A DNA stretch of 64,000 bases from Gammaproteobacteria bacterium (GCA_965243205.1 CBDEUK010000002.1:704001-768000), one strand, 5' to 3'. Shown: positions 39,934-54,214, numbered from the stretch's first letter. The notes: generated by a model not told the origin, from the letters alone. Numbers and translations are program-made.

Positions 39934-41372
39934 CTTAATATTTTAATACATAAATTCATCAGCCCTGCTGGAAATAAACCTAAAAGTAATACTGATAACC
40001 CATTAATACTTAAGATGAAACGGAATGTTTGCGAAGCTTTTATCGCTGTTAAGTTTTGAGCTTCATCAAAATATATGAGTTTTATTACCCTTAAATAATA
40101 ATACGCACCAATAATTGAAAAGAATACAGTAATAACTGCTAACCAAACCAGATCTGCTTTTACCACATCGGATAAAACATAAACCTTAGCCCAAAACCCA
40201 AGAAATGGTGGCACACCAGCAAGTGAAGACATAAGTATTAACATGATAAAAGCAAACCAAGGGTTTCGTTGAACTAATCCTTGATAATCAGCCAACTCAT
40301 CAGCTTCAGCATCACGCCTACCTAATAAAATCACTATCCCAAATACTGCTAAACTCATAATCGAATAACTGATGACATAAAATAATGCATCAGAATATCC
40401 AGATGCATCAACAGAGGATGTATCGAAAGATAATAGACCCAATAATACAAACCCCATATGAGCTATCGTTGAATAAGCAAGCATTCTTTTTATATTCGTT
40501 TGTGCAATTGCAACGATATTGCCTAATGCAATCGATAAAATTGCAATCGTTATCAATATTGTTTGCCAATAATCAATTAAGTTTAAAAAACCGCCACCAA
40601 TAACTCTAAAAGCAATGGCAAATATTGCTAACTTAGATATTGTGCTTATAAACAAAACTACCGACGTTGGTGAACCTTGATAAACGTCAGGTACCCACAT
40701 ATGAAATGGTACTGTACCAAATTTAAACGCAAGCGCTGCAATGATAAAAACTAAAGCAAATCTCATTAAAACAGGGTCATATTGCTCTAGCTCAATCACA
40801 TTTTTGATTGCCTGAATATCAATGCTACCTGTTACACCATAGAGAATAGAGATACCATAGAGCAATAAACCAGAAGCGATTGCACCCATGATAAAATATT
40901 TCATAGCTGCTTCTGAAGCTGCAGAGGAATTTCTATGCATGGCTACCATTGCATATAAAGAAAGCGACATTAACTCCAAACCTAAATAAATCACTAATAG
41001 ATTTGCAGCAGAGGCAATAATCATAATGCCTAAAACACAAAATAGTCCTAAGACATAATATTCACCTCTTAACCAACCATGTTCAGATAAATAATTATCA
41101 GAATAATAAAAAATAATGATAGCGAGTAAACAAGTTATGATTTTAATAACTGAAGCAAGTTGATCGTGTATAAATAAACCATTAAAGAGATAGGATTCAT
41201 CCTCTGGAAAAACAAAAAATAATAAACATATAATTATAATAATAATAATTTCAGATAGATAGAATGTAGAATTTCTTTGTTTTTTAAAAAACGTATCAGC
41301 GATTAATAAAATACTGGCTAAGCACAGCAAACTTAATTCGGGCGATGATATTGCAAGCTCAGATAAAATCAT
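39930..41372 (-). CDS. nuoN: NADH-quinone oxidoreductase subunit N
   Basis: EAAMKYF, FKFGTVPFHMWVPDVYQG, KRMLAYSTIAH. Confidence 0.96.
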   Translation of the reverse strand: MILSELAISSPELSLLCLASILLIADTFFKKQRNSTFYLSEIIIIIIICLLFFVFPEDESYLFNGLFIHDQLASVIKIITCLLAIIIFYYSDNYLSEHGWLRGEYYVLGLFCVLGIMIIASAANLLVIYLGLELMSLSLYAMVAMHRNSSAASEAAMKYFIMGAIASGLLLYGISILYGVTGSIDIQAIKNVIELEQYDPVLMRFALVFIIAALAFKFGTVPFHMWVPDVYQGSPTSVVLFISTISKLAIFAIAFRVIGGGFLNLIDYWQTILITIAILSIALGNIVAIAQTNIKRMLAYSTIAHMGFVLLGLLSFDTSSVDASGYSDALFYVISYSIMSLAVFGIVILLGRRDAEADELADYQGLVQRNPWFAFIMLILMSSLAGVPPFLGFWAKVYVLSDVVKADLVWLAVITVFFSIIGAYYYLRVIKLIYFDEAQNLTAIKASQTFRFILSINGLSVLLLGLFPAGLMNLCIKILS

Positions 41373-42890
41373 TTATTTCAACTTTCCTATACTTACTTGG
41401 TCAATTAAATTATCAACACTAGCTGATAATAATTCTAATAATGGTGCAGGCCATAAACCAAATAATAAAACAAAAAAAGTTAATGTGATTAAAATACATT
41501 TCTCTCTATTATTAATATCTTTTAAATATTCGACTTCAGCATTTTCGATCTTGCCAAACATGACTCTTTTATACATCCATAAAGTATAAGCAGCACCCAA
41601 AATCAATGTAATCGCTGCAAAGAAGGCAATCCAAAAATTCATTTGAAAACTACTGATGATGACTAAAAACTCACCAACAAAACCGGATGTGCCTGGCAGC
41701 CCAGCATTAGCCATCGCAAAAAACAACATAAATGCTGCGAACGTAGGCATACTATTAATTACACCACCATAATCACTAATGTTTCTGGTATGCATACGAT
41801 CATATAAAACACCGATACATAAAAATAATGCCGCAGATATAAATCCATGTGAAATCATTTGAATAATTGCACCTTGAACGGCCAACATACTTGCTTGTTG
41901 AGAATATTGTTGAGATAGCAGACCAAAAACGATGAAAATACCTAATGTGACAAAGCCCATATGAGATATAGAAGAATACGCTATTAGCTTTTTCATATCT
42001 TTTTGCACCAATGCAACAAAACCAATATACACAATGGCGATTAAAGATAATGCTATCATTATATTTGCGTAATACTCACTACCATCTGGAGTGATAGGTA
42101 AATTAAAACGCAAGAATCCATAGCCACCTAACTTCAACATAACAGCGGCTAAAACCACTGAACCAGCTGTAGGAGCCTCTACATGCGCATCAGGCAACCA
42201 TGTATGCACAGGCCACATAGGAATTTTAACTGCAAATGCTAAAAAGAAAGCAATAAAGATCCATTGCTGCTCGAGCAATGTCAAAGGTAAAGCATGATAA
42301 TCTAAAATACTGAATGAATTGCTTTGTGAGTATAAATATAACAAAGCTATCAACATAAAAACTGAGCCAAAGAACGTATATAAAAAGAATTTAATCGTAG
42401 CGTATATTCTGTTTGCTCCACCCCATACCCCAATAATTAAAAACATTGGAATTAACAAGGCTTCCCAGAAAACATAAAACAAGGCAGCATCGAGTGCCGC
42501 AAACACTCCATTCATACAACCAGCCAACATTAAAAATGCTGCCATAAATTGTGCAGCATTTTTTTCTACTACTTCCCATGCAGACCATAAAGCTAAAACG
42601 GTTATAAAGTTATTCAATAACAGCATTGATAAAGATATACCATCAACACCTAAATAATAATAAACATTAAAAGCTTCAATCCATGATATTTTTTCCACAA
42701 ACTGCATTTCAAATGTTTTTGAAGAAAAATTTATTGCCAAATAGATTGAGACTAGAAACGTTAATAAACTAATTATGAAAGATAAGCTTTTTGCTGTTGC
42801 TTGTTGTTTTTGCGCGATAAACAATACCCAAAAGCTACCCAGGATAGGAATCCAGATTGTTAGGCTTAATAATGGCAGTTCAAATAACAT
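41373..42890 (-). CDS. nuoM: NADH-quinone oxidoreductase subunit M (start 42890)
   Basis: FYVFWE, VKIPMWPVHTWLPDAHVEAP, KKLIAYSSISHMG. Confidence 0.96.
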   Translation of the reverse strand: MLFELPLLSLTIWIPILGSFWVLFIAQKQQATAKSLSFIISLLTFLVSIYLAINFSSKTFEMQFVEKISWIEAFNVYYYLGVDGISLSMLLLNNFITVLALWSAWEVVEKNAAQFMAAFLMLAGCMNGVFAALDAALFYVFWEALLIPMFLIIGVWGGANRIYATIKFFLYTFFGSVFMLIALLYLYSQSNSFSILDYHALPLTLLEQQWIFIAFFLAFAVKIPMWPVHTWLPDAHVEAPTAGSVVLAAVMLKLGGYGFLRFNLPITPDGSEYYANIMIALSLIAIVYIGFVALVQKDMKKLIAYSSISHMGFVTLGIFIVFGLLSQQYSQQASMLAVQGAIIQMISHGFISAALFLCIGVLYDRMHTRNISDYGGVINSMPTFAAFMLFFAMANAGLPGTSGFVGEFLVIISSFQMNFWIAFFAAITLILGAAYTLWMYKRVMFGKIENAEVEYLKDINNREKCILITLTFFVLLFGLWPAPLLELLSASVDNLIDQVSIGKLK

Positions 42891-42897
42891 AAGACTA

Positions 42898-44883
42898 TTA
42901 AAATAAAACCTGATGAACAAATACAGCAATGAATATTAACAGCGCTAAGATCATGAAAAACACATAATCAAAGAGTAAACCTGTTTGAATTTTACGGATC
43001 CAGGTTGATGCTTTACCAATACCATTTGCAGAACCATTCACCAACAAACCGTCTATGAACGTTTTATCAGACCAAGTCCATAATAAATGACCAAGACCTC
43101 TGGAACCTTTTGCAAACAAAAATTGATAAAGATCATCAAAACCATATTTATTAATTAAGATATTTTGCAGCCAAGACAGTTTTTCAGATAAACGTTGTGG
43201 AAAATTTGGATTAACACAATAACAATACCAAGAAATAACGACACCTAATAACACTAATATCAAAACTAATGGTGCTTCTGTAATGCTATGCAGGATCATT
43301 GAAAATGGTCCATGAAAATGTGCAGTAAATTCAGCAAGTGCTGTATGTTGAGGTGAGACATGAATCATTGAAGCAAAGAAATCCGACACTAAAAAGGTCT
43401 CAATCGTAAAGTAACCTAAAACAAGTGAAGGAATTGCTAAAATAACTAACGGAATGTAAACGACCGCTGGTGACTCATGTAAATGCTCCCAAGATTTTCT
43501 ATCCATTCTTTCTTTACCGTGAAATACCATAAAGAACAATCGGAAACTGTATAAAGATGTTATAAAAACTCCGATTAATAATGAGTAGTATGCAAACTCA
43601 GCTGCGGGTAGATGTGAATGATGAACTGCCTCGATAATACTATCTTTCGAATAAAAACCCGATGTTCCAGGAAAACCAACTAACGCTAATGTACCGATAA
43701 GACTAGTCAACCAGGTAATCGGCATGTATCGGTATAAGCCGCCCATCTTTTTCATATCTTGAATATGGTGCATACCGATAATTACTGAACCTGCCGCTAA
43801 AAATAATAAAGCCTTAAAAAAAGCATGAGTTATTAAGTGAAACATTGCCGCAGCATAAGCCGAAGCACCAAGAGCAACGGTCATGTAGCCAAGTTGAGAT
43901 AATGTAGAATACGCTACCACTCTCTTTATATCGTTTTGAACAATCCCTAATAAACCCATAAATAACGCAGTGACCGAACCGATTATCAAAATAAAATTCA
44001 ATGCAACTTCAGATAATTCAAACAACGGAGACATCCTACAGACCATAAAGATACCTGCAGTTACCATCGTTGCCGCATGGATTAAGGCTGAAATCGGTGT
44101 AGGCCCTTCCATTGAATCTGGTAACCAAACATGCAGCGGAACTTGTGCCGATTTACCCATTGCGCCAATAAATAAACAAATACAAATAACCGTGATGACC
44201 GACCAAGTTTCAGCACCCCAAATTTGTATCGTTGCATGTTCTAAAAAAGGCGCCTGAGTAAATACAGATTCATAATCTAAGGTATTAAAATAAAAATATA
44301 TGGCAGCTATGCCTAATAGGAATCCAAAATCACCAACTCGATTAACCAAAAATGCTTTTAGATTTGCAAAGATTGCAGATTCTTTTTGATACCAAAAACC
44401 AATCAATAAATACGATACAACACCAACGGCTTCCCAACCGAAAAATAGTTGCACGAAATTATTCGACATTACCAACATCAACATGGCAAATGTGAATAAA
44501 GAAATATAAGCAAAAAATCGCTTGTATCCAGGATCATCATGCATGTAACCAATGGTATAAATATGCACCATTAAAGATACAAAACTCACCACCATCATCA
44601 TGCATAAAGTAAGATTATCGATAAGAAAACCAATTTGGAATGTTACGGTTTCTAATTCAATCCAATGATAAAGCGTTAAATTAATAGATTCTTGCTCAGC
44701 TGATGAAAAAATAGAAAACAACCAGAAAGATAAGCCTGAAGAAATTGCCACGCCAATTATCGTTATCCAATGCGCAGCGATTCGATGGACAAACCCGCCG
44801 CCTAAACCGACTATAATCGCTGCAACTAAAGGAGAAAAAGCGATTATCATACTTAGTGATTTTATGTCGTAAAGAAAACTCAT
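42898..44883 (-). CDS. nuoL: NADH-quinone oxidoreductase subunit L
   Basis: [32 protein letters not shown]. Confidence 0.97.
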   Translation of the reverse strand: MSFLYDIKSLSMIIAFSPLVAAIIVGLGGGFVHRIAAHWITIIGVAISSGLSFWLFSIFSSAEQESINLTLYHWIELETVTFQIGFLIDNLTLCMMMVVSFVSLMVHIYTIGYMHDDPGYKRFFAYISLFTFAMLMLVMSNNFVQLFFGWEAVGVVSYLLIGFWYQKESAIFANLKAFLVNRVGDFGFLLGIAAIYFYFNTLDYESVFTQAPFLEHATIQIWGAETWSVITVICICLFIGAMGKSAQVPLHVWLPDSMEGPTPISALIHAATMVTAGIFMVCRMSPLFELSEVALNFILIIGSVTALFMGLLGIVQNDIKRVVAYSTLSQLGYMTVALGASAYAAAMFHLITHAFFKALLFLAAGSVIIGMHHIQDMKKMGGLYRYMPITWLTSLIGTLALVGFPGTSGFYSKDSIIEAVHHSHLPAAEFAYYSLLIGVFITSLYSFRLFFMVFHGKERMDRKSWEHLHESPAVVYIPLVILAIPSLVLGYFTIETFLVSDFFASMIHVSPQHTALAEFTAHFHGPFSMILHSITEAPLVLILVLLGVVISWYCYCVNPNFPQRLSEKLSWLQNILINKYGFDDLYQFLFAKGSRGLGHLLWTWSDKTFIDGLLVNGSANGIGKASTWIRKIQTGLLFDYVFFMILALLIFIAVFVHQVLF

Positions 44884-45185
44884 CCGTTTAATTTATCCAT
44901 GTCTTTTACATTGATAGAGTTAATGTTTCTAAATAAAACTACCAAAATAGCTAAGCCAATCGCTGATTCAGCTGCTGCCACCGTCAATATGAAAAAAACA
45001 AATATTTGCCCAGTGATATCGCCATAGAACCAAGAGAAGGCAACGAAATTCATATTTACAGAAAGCAACATCAACTCAATGCACATTAATAAAATAATCA
45101 AATTTTTTCGATTGATAAATATGCCAGCAATACTAATGCAAAATAAAATCGCTGAAAGTATTAATATGTCTGTTAATACAATCAT
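44880..45185 (-). CDS. nuoK: NADH-quinone oxidoreductase subunit K
   Basis: [17 protein letters not shown]. Confidence 0.96.
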   Translation of the reverse strand: MIVLTDILILSAILFCISIAGIFINRKNLIILLMCIELMLLSVNMNFVAFSWFYGDITGQIFVFFILTVAAAESAIGLAILVVLFRNINSINVKDMDKLNG

Positions 45186-45784
45186 TATGATTCCTTATTC
45201 TCGGTAGGAATATTGACTAGACGAACGCGTTGAGAACGATCCGTTGCAACTTGAGCATCTATAACCTGTTGGTGTCTCGACTTTTTACCACGGAACGTTA
45301 ACGTGATAGCCGCAATCATTGCGACTAATAAAATGGCGCCCGCGATCTCGAATGGATAAAGATAATGCGTAAATAACTCTAAACCTAATTCTTCCGCATT
45401 GCTTAATTCTAAACTGGTTTGAACATTGATTTTTACTGTATCAAAGTATTGTGAGTTCAAGGCTAAACCCATAGCAACAACCATTAATAATGAAACGATA
45501 ATGCCGACGGGTAAATATCGAATAAAGCCTGCTCTGAGTTCAGAATAATTAATGTCCAACATCATCACGACAAATAAGAACAACACCATGACTGCGCCGA
45601 CATAAACTAATATTAAAACAATGGCTAAGAATTCTGCCTGTAATAACAACCAAATTCCTGATGAGAAAAAAAACGCTAACACTAAAAATAAAGCTGAATA
45701 CACAGGATTACGAGCAGTAATCACCATTACTGCAGACAGTATTAATAAACTTGCAAAGATATAAAAAAGTATCTGTTCAATCAT
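45185..45784 (-). CDS. nuoJ: NADH-quinone oxidoreductase subunit J
   Basis: [25 protein letters not shown]. Confidence 0.96.
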   Translation of the reverse strand: MIEQILFYIFASLLILSAVMVITARNPVYSALFLVLAFFFSSGIWLLLQAEFLAIVLILVYVGAVMVLFLFVVMMLDINYSELRAGFIRYLPVGIIVSLLMVVAMGLALNSQYFDTVKINVQTSLELSNAEELGLELFTHYLYPFEIAGAILLVAMIAAITLTFRGKKSRHQQVIDAQVATDRSQRVRLVNIPTENKES

Positions 45785-45786
45785 AT

Positions 45787-46275
45787 TTAACGATACATCG
45801 CCTCTTTTGCTCTATCTTCTGCAATTGATTGTTCAGCCAGGTCACCAATTTCTAACAAGCGTTGTTTTGTCATTAATAAATCACCTCGTTGTTCACCGTG
45901 ATATTCAAAAATACGTGTTTCAACAATAGAGTCTACGGGACAAGATTCTTCACAAAAGCCACAAAAAATACATTTGGTTAAATCGATATCATAGCGTTTG
46001 GTACGTCGAGTACCATCATCACGTTGTTCAGATTCAATGGTAATAGCAACTGCCGGACAAACTGCTTCGCATAATTTACAAGCAATACACCGTTCCTCTC
46101 CATTCGGATATCTTCTTAATGCATGTAAACCACGAAAACGTGAAGATTGAGGTGTTTTTTCTTCGGGATATTGCACTGTCACTTTTGGTTTAAACAAATG
46201 CTCTCCTGTTAACTTCAAACCTTTTAGCAGTTCCCATAAAAATAAACTTTTAATGTAGTTTTTTATTGCGTTCAT
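45787..46275 (-). CDS. nuoI: NADH-quinone oxidoreductase subunit I
   Basis: Two CxxCxxCxxxCP [4Fe-4S] motifs. Confidence 0.97.
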   Translation of the reverse strand: MNAIKNYIKSLFLWELLKGLKLTGEHLFKPKVTVQYPEEKTPQSSRFRGLHALRRYPNGEERCIACKLCEAVCPAVAITIESEQRDDGTRRTKRYDIDLTKCIFCGFCEESCPVDSIVETRIFEYHGEQRGDLLMTKQRLLEIGDLAEQSIAEDRAKEAMYR

Positions 46276-47345
46276 AGATCAAACCACGGTGGAATTTGAA
46301 ATAAGACAAGTAATGCAACAACCACTAACCAAACGATGGTAATCGGAATAAATATTTTCCATCCTAAACGCATAATTTGATCATATCGATAACGAGGGAA
46401 TGTTGCGCGAAACCATAAAAAACAAAATAACATTAATGTTGTTTTTACTAACAACCAAATAATACTGGGCTCACTTAACCAGGGAATGATTGAAGGGAAA
46501 GGCGATAACCATCCACCCAAAAACATTAACGCCGTTAAAGCTGATATTAAAATCATGTTGGCATATTCCGCCATAAAGAAAACGGAAAAGGCCATGCCAC
46601 TGTATTCAACATGAAATCCTGCAACAATTTCCGATTCACCTTCAGCCACATCGAACGGTGCACGGTTGGTTTCTGCTACGCCAGAAATAAAATAGATAAT
46701 AAACATTGGAAACAATGGCAACCAAAACCAATGAACCAACCAACCCGATTGAGCCCTTACAATATCGCCAAGATTTAAACTACCGGAAGCGATAAGAACA
46801 CCGACTAAAGCAAAACCCATTGCCAATTCATAAGCTACGATCTGAGCTGCTGATCGTAGCGCACCTAGAAAAGCGTATTTAGAATTTGAAGCCCAACCAG
46901 CAATGATAACGCCATACACTGATAATGATGTTAACGCTAATATATAAAGTAACCCTGCGTTGATATCAGCTAGAACCATATAATCATTAAATGGTATAGC
47001 TGCCCAAGCTGCTAAAGAAGGTGCTAAGGATAAAATCGGTGCAATAATGAATAAGAATTTATTCGAGCCACGAGGCACAATAATTTCTTTGAACATCAAC
47101 TTAATTGCATCGGCGATCGGTTGTAACCAACCTCTTGGCCCTACACGGTTAGGACCAACACGCGATTGTATATAGCCAATGACTTTACGCTCAGCAAACG
47201 TTAAATAAGCAACACAAAGTAATAATGGCGCAATTAATAAAACTATTTTAATACTGGTTTCAATGGTGAATATTGCATTCGCGTGCAATGACTCTGGAAA
47301 GGCCCAGCTGACTGGAATAGCGATAAGAGATCGTAAATATTCCAT
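46272..47345 (-). CDS. nuoH: NADH-quinone oxidoreductase subunit H
   Basis: [24 protein letters not shown]. Confidence 0.97.
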   Translation of the reverse strand: MEYLRSLIAIPVSWAFPESLHANAIFTIETSIKIVLLIAPLLLCVAYLTFAERKVIGYIQSRVGPNRVGPRGWLQPIADAIKLMFKEIIVPRGSNKFLFIIAPILSLAPSLAAWAAIPFNDYMVLADINAGLLYILALTSLSVYGVIIAGWASNSKYAFLGALRSAAQIVAYELAMGFALVGVLIASGSLNLGDIVRAQSGWLVHWFWLPLFPMFIIYFISGVAETNRAPFDVAEGESEIVAGFHVEYSGMAFSVFFMAEYANMILISALTALMFLGGWLSPFPSIIPWLSEPSIIWLLVKTTLMLFCFLWFRATFPRYRYDQIMRLGWKIFIPITIVWLVVVALLVLFQIPPWFDL

Positions 47346-49474
47346 TAAGTGCCAGCCTCGCGTTGTTGTAGTGAAGCAGCATGGCGTAATAATGAATCAA
47401 TAGAATAAACTTTTCTTTGATAGTTAGGTGATGAGTTTTCCGTATTGACATTTCTTATATCAAATTCATTCATCTGATTGGAATGATTTTCGATCGAGCC
47501 TAATGTTTTAGCAATCGAATTATGCAATTCATCAAAACTATTGAATTGAATAGAATCTATATTTAAACGAGAAGCCAACTCACGTAATATTTTCCAACCT
47601 TGTTTGATTTCTGCTTGTGGTTTTACTAATTGTTTAAAAGCTTGCAAACGACCTTCAATATTAATAAAACTACCATCTGTTTCAGCAAACAATGCTAATG
47701 GCAACAACACATTCGTTGAACCTTTTAAACTTTCAGAATCATATCCTGTTATAGCAACTGAAAACTCAGCATCATTCAAAGCTTGAGTAAGGTTTTTAAT
47801 ATCTTGTTCTGGCTCTACATTAAATAAGACATATGATTTCAAACCTTCTTGAATCATATTTTGTGTATTGAGACCATTTTTAGAAACCGCACCTGCTAAC
47901 CAAGCACCAGAAGCATTTGCACCTTGGGTTAAAAAGCCTAATTTTGCATTTGAAGCGTTTGCTATTGATGAAGCAAGTGTTGTAACAATTGAAAACTGTG
48001 AATGACTAAATGCATTACTTCCTATTAAGACAAGAACTTTTTTGGAATTGACTAAGGTTTCTGCAATAGTCTTATGTTGTTCAGATAAAGTTATATTACT
48101 TAGATATTCATTAAGACCAAATAAATCTTTATTGTCGGTTTTATCATTTACAATATGTGATATAGCAGATAAATGTTCAACTAACTTATCATCTCCTGTA
48201 ATCAGTTGTTCAAATAATGAATAATTTGCATCCATGTCAATTGAACCTAAGCTCATCACCTTAGCACCTTTCAAAGCTGCTTTGCGAATACGATGATTTA
48301 ACATGGGCTGTTGATATCGAATATCACTATTGATTAATAAAACTGCATCCATGTTTTCTAAATCGCTTATAGAACAACCTAGCGATGGAAATGCGGGCAT
48401 AACCGAATCGTTCGAAAAATCTTGTTGCTGTAAACGATGTTCGATATTGTTACTACCAAAACCACGCAATAAACTCTGAAATAAAAACATTTCTTCGGTT
48501 GTAGCAGACGGTGATATCAAACCACTAATAGTTTCGGCTCCATGCATTCGTTTTACTTTTTCTAAACCTTTAACACAAAAATTTAAAGCTTCATCCCAAG
48601 TAACGGTCTTCCATTCATTGTTTTGTTTTATTTTTGGTTGTAATAATCGTTCTTCAGCGTATAAGCCTTCATAACTAAAGCGATCTCGATCAGAGATCCA
48701 AACTTCATTGACCGCTTCATTCTCAGCAGGCACAACACGTTTGATAGTATTACCTTTGGTATGAATTTCTAGATTTGATCCCACACAGTCATGAGGTGCG
48801 ATGCCTTTACCTTGTTTCATTTCCCAAGAACGTGCAGAAAAACGAAATGGCTTAGACGTCAACGCTCCGACTGGGCAGACATCGATCACATTACCCGACA
48901 ATTCGGAGACCATGCTTTTTTCTATGTAAGTGCCAATCTCCATATGTTCACCGCGACCCGTGGCACCTAATTCTCTTAAACCCGCTATCTCTTCACCAAA
49001 CCTCACGCAACGCGTGCAATGTATGCAACGAGTCATTTCGGTTTTAACTAGTGGACCGATATCTTTATCTTTTACAACACGCTTACTTTCTTGATAACGA
49101 GATACATCACTACCATACCCCATCGCTATATCTTGTAATTCACACTCACCACCTTGATCACAAATCGGGCAATCCAAAGGATGATTGATCAATAAAAATT
49201 CCATCACCGATTGTTGCGAATCCATTGCAAGACCAGATTGGGTTTTAACTACCATGCCATCGTTAACTGGTGTGGCACAAGCCGGTAAAGGTTTTGGCGC
49301 TTTTTCTACTTCGACCAAACACATGCGACAGTTTGCAGCGACCGATAATTTAGGGTGATAACAAAAACGTGGAATATAAATATCATTAGCATCGGTTACC
49401 TCAATCAACATCTGGCCTCTTTTGGCCTCTAAGGTCTTACCGTCTACTTCAATGCTAATGGTATCGTCTGACAT
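47345..49474 (-). CDS. nuoG: NADH-quinone oxidoreductase subunit G
   Basis: [33 protein letters not shown]. Confidence 0.97.
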   Translation of the reverse strand: MSDDTISIEVDGKTLEAKRGQMLIEVTDANDIYIPRFCYHPKLSVAANCRMCLVEVEKAPKPLPACATPVNDGMVVKTQSGLAMDSQQSVMEFLLINHPLDCPICDQGGECELQDIAMGYGSDVSRYQESKRVVKDKDIGPLVKTEMTRCIHCTRCVRFGEEIAGLRELGATGRGEHMEIGTYIEKSMVSELSGNVIDVCPVGALTSKPFRFSARSWEMKQGKGIAPHDCVGSNLEIHTKGNTIKRVVPAENEAVNEVWISDRDRFSYEGLYAEERLLQPKIKQNNEWKTVTWDEALNFCVKGLEKVKRMHGAETISGLISPSATTEEMFLFQSLLRGFGSNNIEHRLQQQDFSNDSVMPAFPSLGCSISDLENMDAVLLINSDIRYQQPMLNHRIRKAALKGAKVMSLGSIDMDANYSLFEQLITGDDKLVEHLSAISHIVNDKTDNKDLFGLNEYLSNITLSEQHKTIAETLVNSKKVLVLIGSNAFSHSQFSIVTTLASSIANASNAKLGFLTQGANASGAWLAGAVSKNGLNTQNMIQEGLKSYVLFNVEPEQDIKNLTQALNDAEFSVAITGYDSESLKGSTNVLLPLALFAETDGSFINIEGRLQAFKQLVKPQAEIKQGWKILRELASRLNIDSIQFNSFDELHNSIAKTLGSIENHSNQMNEFDIRNVNTENSSPNYQRKVYSIDSLLRHAASLQQREAGT

Positions 49475-49475
49475 A

Positions 49476-50771
49476 TTAAGCAGCCCTTTCCCCTACACCA
49501 TTCACCATGCAGCGTTTATGTATTATGTGATATTCAAATTCGTCATAAAATTGTTTTACAAAACTTCGAACTGGCCAAGCTGCTGCATCGCCTAAAGCAC
49601 AAATAGTACGACCTTCGATCTTACTGGCAACGTCATCTAACTTAGCTAAGTCTTCTGGTAAACCTTGTCCATGTTCAATTCGACTCACCACACGATACAA
49701 CCAGCCCGTACCTTCTCGACAAGGCGTGCATTGACCACAAGATTCTGAATAATAAAAACGTGAAATGCGTTCTAATGCTTTAACCATGCAGGTTGTTTCA
49801 TCCATAACGATGACTGCGCCTGAACCTAATAATGAACCCGCTTCTTTTATAGAATCGTAATCCATGTTCACATCCATCATAACGTCGCCTTTTACAACAG
49901 GCACAGATGAACCACCTGGGATGACAGCTTTTATTTGATGGCCATCACGAATACCACCCGCCATTTCTAATAAAGTTTTAAATGGTGTACCCAAAGGCAC
50001 TTCAAAATTACCTGGATTATTCACATGGCCACTGACTGAAAAACATTTTGTGCCACCACTATTAGGCACACCTTTTTCTAAAAACCATTTAGGCCCACGT
50101 AATACAATAAAAGGAACTGATGCAAATGATTCTGTGTTATTCACAGTGGTAGGTTTGCCATATAACCCATAGTTAGCAGGGAATGGTGGTTTAAAACGTG
50201 GCTGACCTTTTTTACCTTCTAAGGATTCTAATAAAGCGGTTTCTTCACCACAGATATAAGCACCTGCACCTAATGAGGTATAAATATCTACCGAGATATC
50301 ACTGCCTAAAATATTTTTTCCTAACAAACCTTCTTGATAGGCATAACGTAAAGCTTGTTCGAATCGATTAAACGGTTCATCCATAAACTCACCACGTATA
50401 TAGTTATAGCCAGCTTCAGCACCCATGGCATAACAAGCAATCGCAATTCCTTCAACAACCGCGTGTGGATTAAACCGTAAAATATCTCTGTCTTTACACG
50501 TACCTGGTTCACTTTCATCTGAGTTACATACAACGTATTTCGGGCCTGGAGAATTCATCATGAAACTCCATTTCACGCCTGTCGGAAACCCTGCTCCACC
50601 ACGACCACGCAAACCCGATTCTTTTATGTCTTCTATAATTTTTTCGCGCGGAATCTTTTCTCTAATGATCCGTTTCCATGCTTCATAACCGCACACTTGC
50701 ATGTAACTATCAATGCTCCAAGGCTCTGGGTATTGTAAGGTCGCGTAACAAACTTGATTTAACTCTTCCAC
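49476..50771 (-). CDS. nuoF: NADH-quinone oxidoreductase subunit F
   Basis: [33 protein letters not shown]. Confidence 0.97.
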   Translation of the reverse strand: MEELNQVCYATLQYPEPWSIDSYMQVCGYEAWKRIIREKIPREKIIEDIKESGLRGRGGAGFPTGVKWSFMMNSPGPKYVVCNSDESEPGTCKDRDILRFNPHAVVEGIAIACYAMGAEAGYNYIRGEFMDEPFNRFEQALRYAYQEGLLGKNILGSDISVDIYTSLGAGAYICGEETALLESLEGKKGQPRFKPPFPANYGLYGKPTTVNNTESFASVPFIVLRGPKWFLEKGVPNSGGTKCFSVSGHVNNPGNFEVPLGTPFKTLLEMAGGIRDGHQIKAVIPGGSSVPVVKGDVMMDVNMDYDSIKEAGSLLGSGAVIVMDETTCMVKALERISRFYYSESCGQCTPCREGTGWLYRVVSRIEHGQGLPEDLAKLDDVASKIEGRTICALGDAAAWPVRSFVKQFYDEFEYHIIHKRCMVNGVGERAA

Positions 50772-51259
50772 TAATCCAAGTCCTCGATAATCTTAATTGC
50801 AGACTCTGGTGTAAGCTTTTCATAATACTTATGATCCACCATCATCATTGGCGCTCCACAACAAGCTGCTAAGCATTCTTCTTCAACTTTTAAATAACAA
50901 CGATTGTCTTTAGATGTTTCACCATGTTTAATGCCTAAATGATTTTCCAAGGCTTCAACGATTCGATCGGAACCATTTAACATACAAGAAATATTGGTAC
51001 ATACAGAAATACTGTGACGACCAACTGGTTTGGTTTCAAACATGGAATAAAACGAAGCCACTTCATACACAGCCACACTTGGCATGTCTAAATACTCAGC
51101 AACGGCATCCATTAACTCTGTGGTTAAATAACCATTATTTTCATGCTGTACTTCTCGCAAGGCTGCTAACACAGCCGACTGCTTACGCTCCACTGGATAC
51201 TTTGCGATCCAATGGTCGATCTCTTTTTTAGCGTGTTCACTGAGTACGTGTTTAGTCAT
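50771..51259 (-). CDS. nuoE: NADH-quinone oxidoreductase subunit E
   Basis: CTNISC...CLAAC. Confidence 0.96.
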   Translation of the reverse strand: MTKHVLSEHAKKEIDHWIAKYPVERKQSAVLAALREVQHENNGYLTTELMDAVAEYLDMPSVAVYEVASFYSMFETKPVGRHSISVCTNISCMLNGSDRIVEALENHLGIKHGETSKDNRCYLKVEEECLAACCGAPMMMVDHKYYEKLTPESAIKIIEDLD

Positions 51260-51269
51260 AATGATTTAA

Positions 51270-52523
51270 TTACCTATCAATTTCTCCAAACACAATATCC
51301 TGCGTACCAATCACTGCCACAACATCAGCCAACATATGCCCTTTCACCATCTCATCCATAGCAGATAAATGCGCAAACCCTGCTGCACGAATTTTCACAC
51401 GATACGGTTTATTCGCACCGTCTGAAATTAAATAAATACCAAACTCACCTTTCGGATGTTCCACTGCGCTATACACTTCGCCTTCAGGTATACAATACCC
51501 TTCAGTGAATAATTTAAAATGATGGATCAAGGCTTCCATATCACCTTTCATTTCTTCACGTTTAGGTGGTGCTAACTTATGATCATCTAACATGACAGGA
51601 CCAGGATTCTTACGTAACCAATCAATACATTGTTTAATAATTCGATTTGATTGGCGCATCTCTTCTATACGTACTAAATAACGATCGTAACAATCGCCGT
51701 TCATACCAACGGGGATATCAAAGTCTAATTTGTCATAGACTTCATATGGCTGTTTCTTGCGCAGATCCCATTCTATGTTTGAACCGCGTAACATAGGCCC
51801 TGTAAAACCTAAGGCCTTAGCGCGCTCTGGTGTGACTACTCCAATACCAACCGTACGTTGCTTCCAAATTCGATTATCCGTTAATAACGTTTCGTATTGA
51901 TCGACACATGCTGGAAAACGCTTAGTAAAATCTTCTAAGAAATCTAAGAAACTGCCTTGGCGATTTTCATTAAGCTTTTCTACTTTTTCACCATTATGCC
52001 AAGGTGAAGGTTTGTATTGCGGCATAAAATCAGGAAGGTCTCGGTTAACACCACCTGGACGGTAATACGTTGCATGCATGCGCGTACCTGAAACCGCTTC
52101 ATAACAATCCATTAAATCTTCGCGCTCACGGAAGCAATATAAAAAGACTGTCATCGCACCAATGTCTAAACCATGTGCGCCTAACCACATTAAATGATTT
52201 AAGATACGCGTAACCTCATCAAACATCACTCTTATATACTGAGCACGTAGTGGTGGTGTAATACCTAAGAGTTTTTCGATCGCCATGACATAAGCATGTT
52301 CATTACACATCATTGAGACGTAATCGAGTCGGTCCATATAACCAATGCTTTGATTATACGGTTTTGATTCGGCTAACTTTTCCGTACCACGATGTAATAA
52401 ACCAATATGCGGATCAGCGCGTTCAATGACTTCACCATCCATTTCTAAAATTAAACGCAACACACCATGAGCCGCAGGATGTTGCGGCCCAAAGTTCATA
52501 GTCATATTGCGTATTTCAGGCAT
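51270..52523 (-). CDS. nuoD: NADH-quinone oxidoreductase subunit D (not fused to C)
   Basis: [24 protein letters not shown]. Confidence 0.97.
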   Translation of the reverse strand: MPEIRNMTMNFGPQHPAAHGVLRLILEMDGEVIERADPHIGLLHRGTEKLAESKPYNQSIGYMDRLDYVSMMCNEHAYVMAIEKLLGITPPLRAQYIRVMFDEVTRILNHLMWLGAHGLDIGAMTVFLYCFREREDLMDCYEAVSGTRMHATYYRPGGVNRDLPDFMPQYKPSPWHNGEKVEKLNENRQGSFLDFLEDFTKRFPACVDQYETLLTDNRIWKQRTVGIGVVTPERAKALGFTGPMLRGSNIEWDLRKKQPYEVYDKLDFDIPVGMNGDCYDRYLVRIEEMRQSNRIIKQCIDWLRKNPGPVMLDDHKLAPPKREEMKGDMEALIHHFKLFTEGYCIPEGEVYSAVEHPKGEFGIYLISDGANKPYRVKIRAAGFAHLSAMDEMVKGHMLADVVAVIGTQDIVFGEIDR

Positions 52524-52525
52524 GC

Positions 52526-53194
52526 TTATTCTTCAACTTTCTCATAACGGTTATCGTGACGAATCACGCGTGGTACTAACACACGGTTTTCAATGGTCAC
52601 AGGTTGATATACAACCCGTTCTTTTTCTGGGTCATAACGTACTTCAACATTACCTTCTAAAGGAAAATCTTTGCGAAACGGATGACCAATAAAACCGTAA
52701 TCCGTTAATAGTCTTCTTAAATCTGGATGGCCATCAAATAGAATTCCGAACAAATCAAACGCTTCACGCTCATACCAATTGGCTACAGGCCAAATAGAAA
52801 CGACGGATGGAATAGTTAATGACTCAGAATTGATTAAGCACTTAAGTCGTAAACGATGATTATGTGTAATTGATAATAAATGGTACACAACCACATAACG
52901 TGCGCCATGAAAATTAGATTCTACTTCAGAATCTTCTTTATTAACTGCACGAGAAAAACCCGTTTTAGTGGTTGATTGAGTTTCCCAATCGGCTTGACCA
53001 TACGTACTGTAATCAACTGCACTTAAATCTGATAACTGTTCAAACGCTAATTCAGATTCATCGCGTAATAATTTACATGTTTCTAACAATGCATCAGATT
53101 GAATAACAACTGTAATTTGTTCCGTTCGATCGCAATAAACAATCTCTTCATCCGCGAGATGTCGCTCAATTTTATTAAGTAAAGATTGAGTCAT
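52526..53194 (-). CDS. nuoC: NADH-quinone oxidoreductase subunit C
   Basis: [34 protein letters not shown]. Confidence 0.97.
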   Translation of the reverse strand: MTQSLLNKIERHLADEEIVYCDRTEQITVVIQSDALLETCKLLRDESELAFEQLSDLSAVDYSTYGQADWETQSTTKTGFSRAVNKEDSEVESNFHGARYVVVYHLLSITHNHRLRLKCLINSESLTIPSVVSIWPVANWYEREAFDLFGILFDGHPDLRRLLTDYGFIGHPFRKDFPLEGNVEVRYDPEKERVVYQPVTIENRVLVPRVIRHDNRYEKVEE

Positions 53195-53207
53195 ATAAAA
53201 TTCCTAA

Positions 53208-53693
53208 CTACGAAGCGATTGAATTAGTACGTTTTATTTTCTTCTGTAACTGCAAGATGCCAAACAACAAGGCCTCTGCTGTTGGTGGACAGCCTGGAAC
53301 ATAGATATCAACAGGAACAATACGATCACAACCACGCACAACGGAATAGGAATAGTGATAATAACCACCACCATTCGCACATGATCCCATTGAAATAACC
53401 CATTTCGGATCAGCCATTTGATCATAAACACGTCTTAAGGCAGGCGCCATTTTATTCACCAAAGTCCCTGCGACGATCATGACATCGGATTGCCTCGGAC
53501 TGGGTCTGAAAACAATTCCAAATCGATCTAAATCATAACGAGATGCACCCGCGTGCATCATTTCAACCGCGCAACAGGCAAGCCCAAAGGTCATGGGCCA
53601 CATTGAACCCGTTCTGGCCCAATTGATTAGACTATCCGCAGTTGTTGTAACTAAACCGGGCTCATGTACTTTCGCGTCTAACTCAATCGTCAC
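53208..53693 (-). CDS. nuoB: NADH-quinone oxidoreductase subunit B
   Basis: [25 protein letters not shown]. Confidence 0.97.
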   Translation of the reverse strand: MTIELDAKVHEPGLVTTTADSLINWARTGSMWPMTFGLACCAVEMMHAGASRYDLDRFGIVFRPSPRQSDVMIVAGTLVNKMAPALRRVYDQMADPKWVISMGSCANGGGYYHYSYSVVRGCDRIVPVDIYVPGCPPTAEALLFGILQLQKKIKRTNSIAS

Positions 53694-53696
53694 AAC

Positions 53697-54065
53697 TCAC
53701 TCCCACTCCAATGCGCCTTTGCGCCATTCATAAATGAAACCAATGACCAGGACAGCCAGAAATAACATCATTGCCCAAAATCCCACCATGCCCACTTCTC
53801 TGAGAACCACAGCCCAAGGAAATAGAAAGGCAATTTCTAAATCAAAAATAATGAACAGAATCGCGACGAGATAAAATCGTACGTCAAATTTCATACGTGC
53901 GTCTTCAAAGGCTTCAAAGCCACATTCGTATGGAGAATCTTTTTGGGAATGGTTAGATTTACGGCCAAATAAGCGACCAAAGGTAAGTCCTAGAACAATT
54001 AATACCGTGCCTAAGATCAGGCCAATGATCAGGAAAATCAATATCGGTACATAATTCTCTAACAT
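53697..54065 (-). CDS. nuoA: NADH-quinone oxidoreductase subunit A
   Basis: [24 protein letters not shown]. Confidence 0.97.
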   Translation of the reverse strand: MLENYVPILIFLIIGLILGTVLIVLGLTFGRLFGRKSNHSQKDSPYECGFEAFEDARMKFDVRFYLVAILFIIFDLEIAFLFPWAVVLREVGMVGFWAMMLFLAVLVIGFIYEWRKGALEWE

Positions 54066-54214
54066 CTCTCGTAGATACTTTTGTAAGAATGATTTTATGT
54101 TCTAGTTAATAAGGCGACCCACTTTCTCGCCCTTATTTCTAATTGCATTTATACCATATAACCACCATCTACGTCTTTAATAATTAGAGATTTTTTTGTT
54201 ATTGCTAACTTTGT

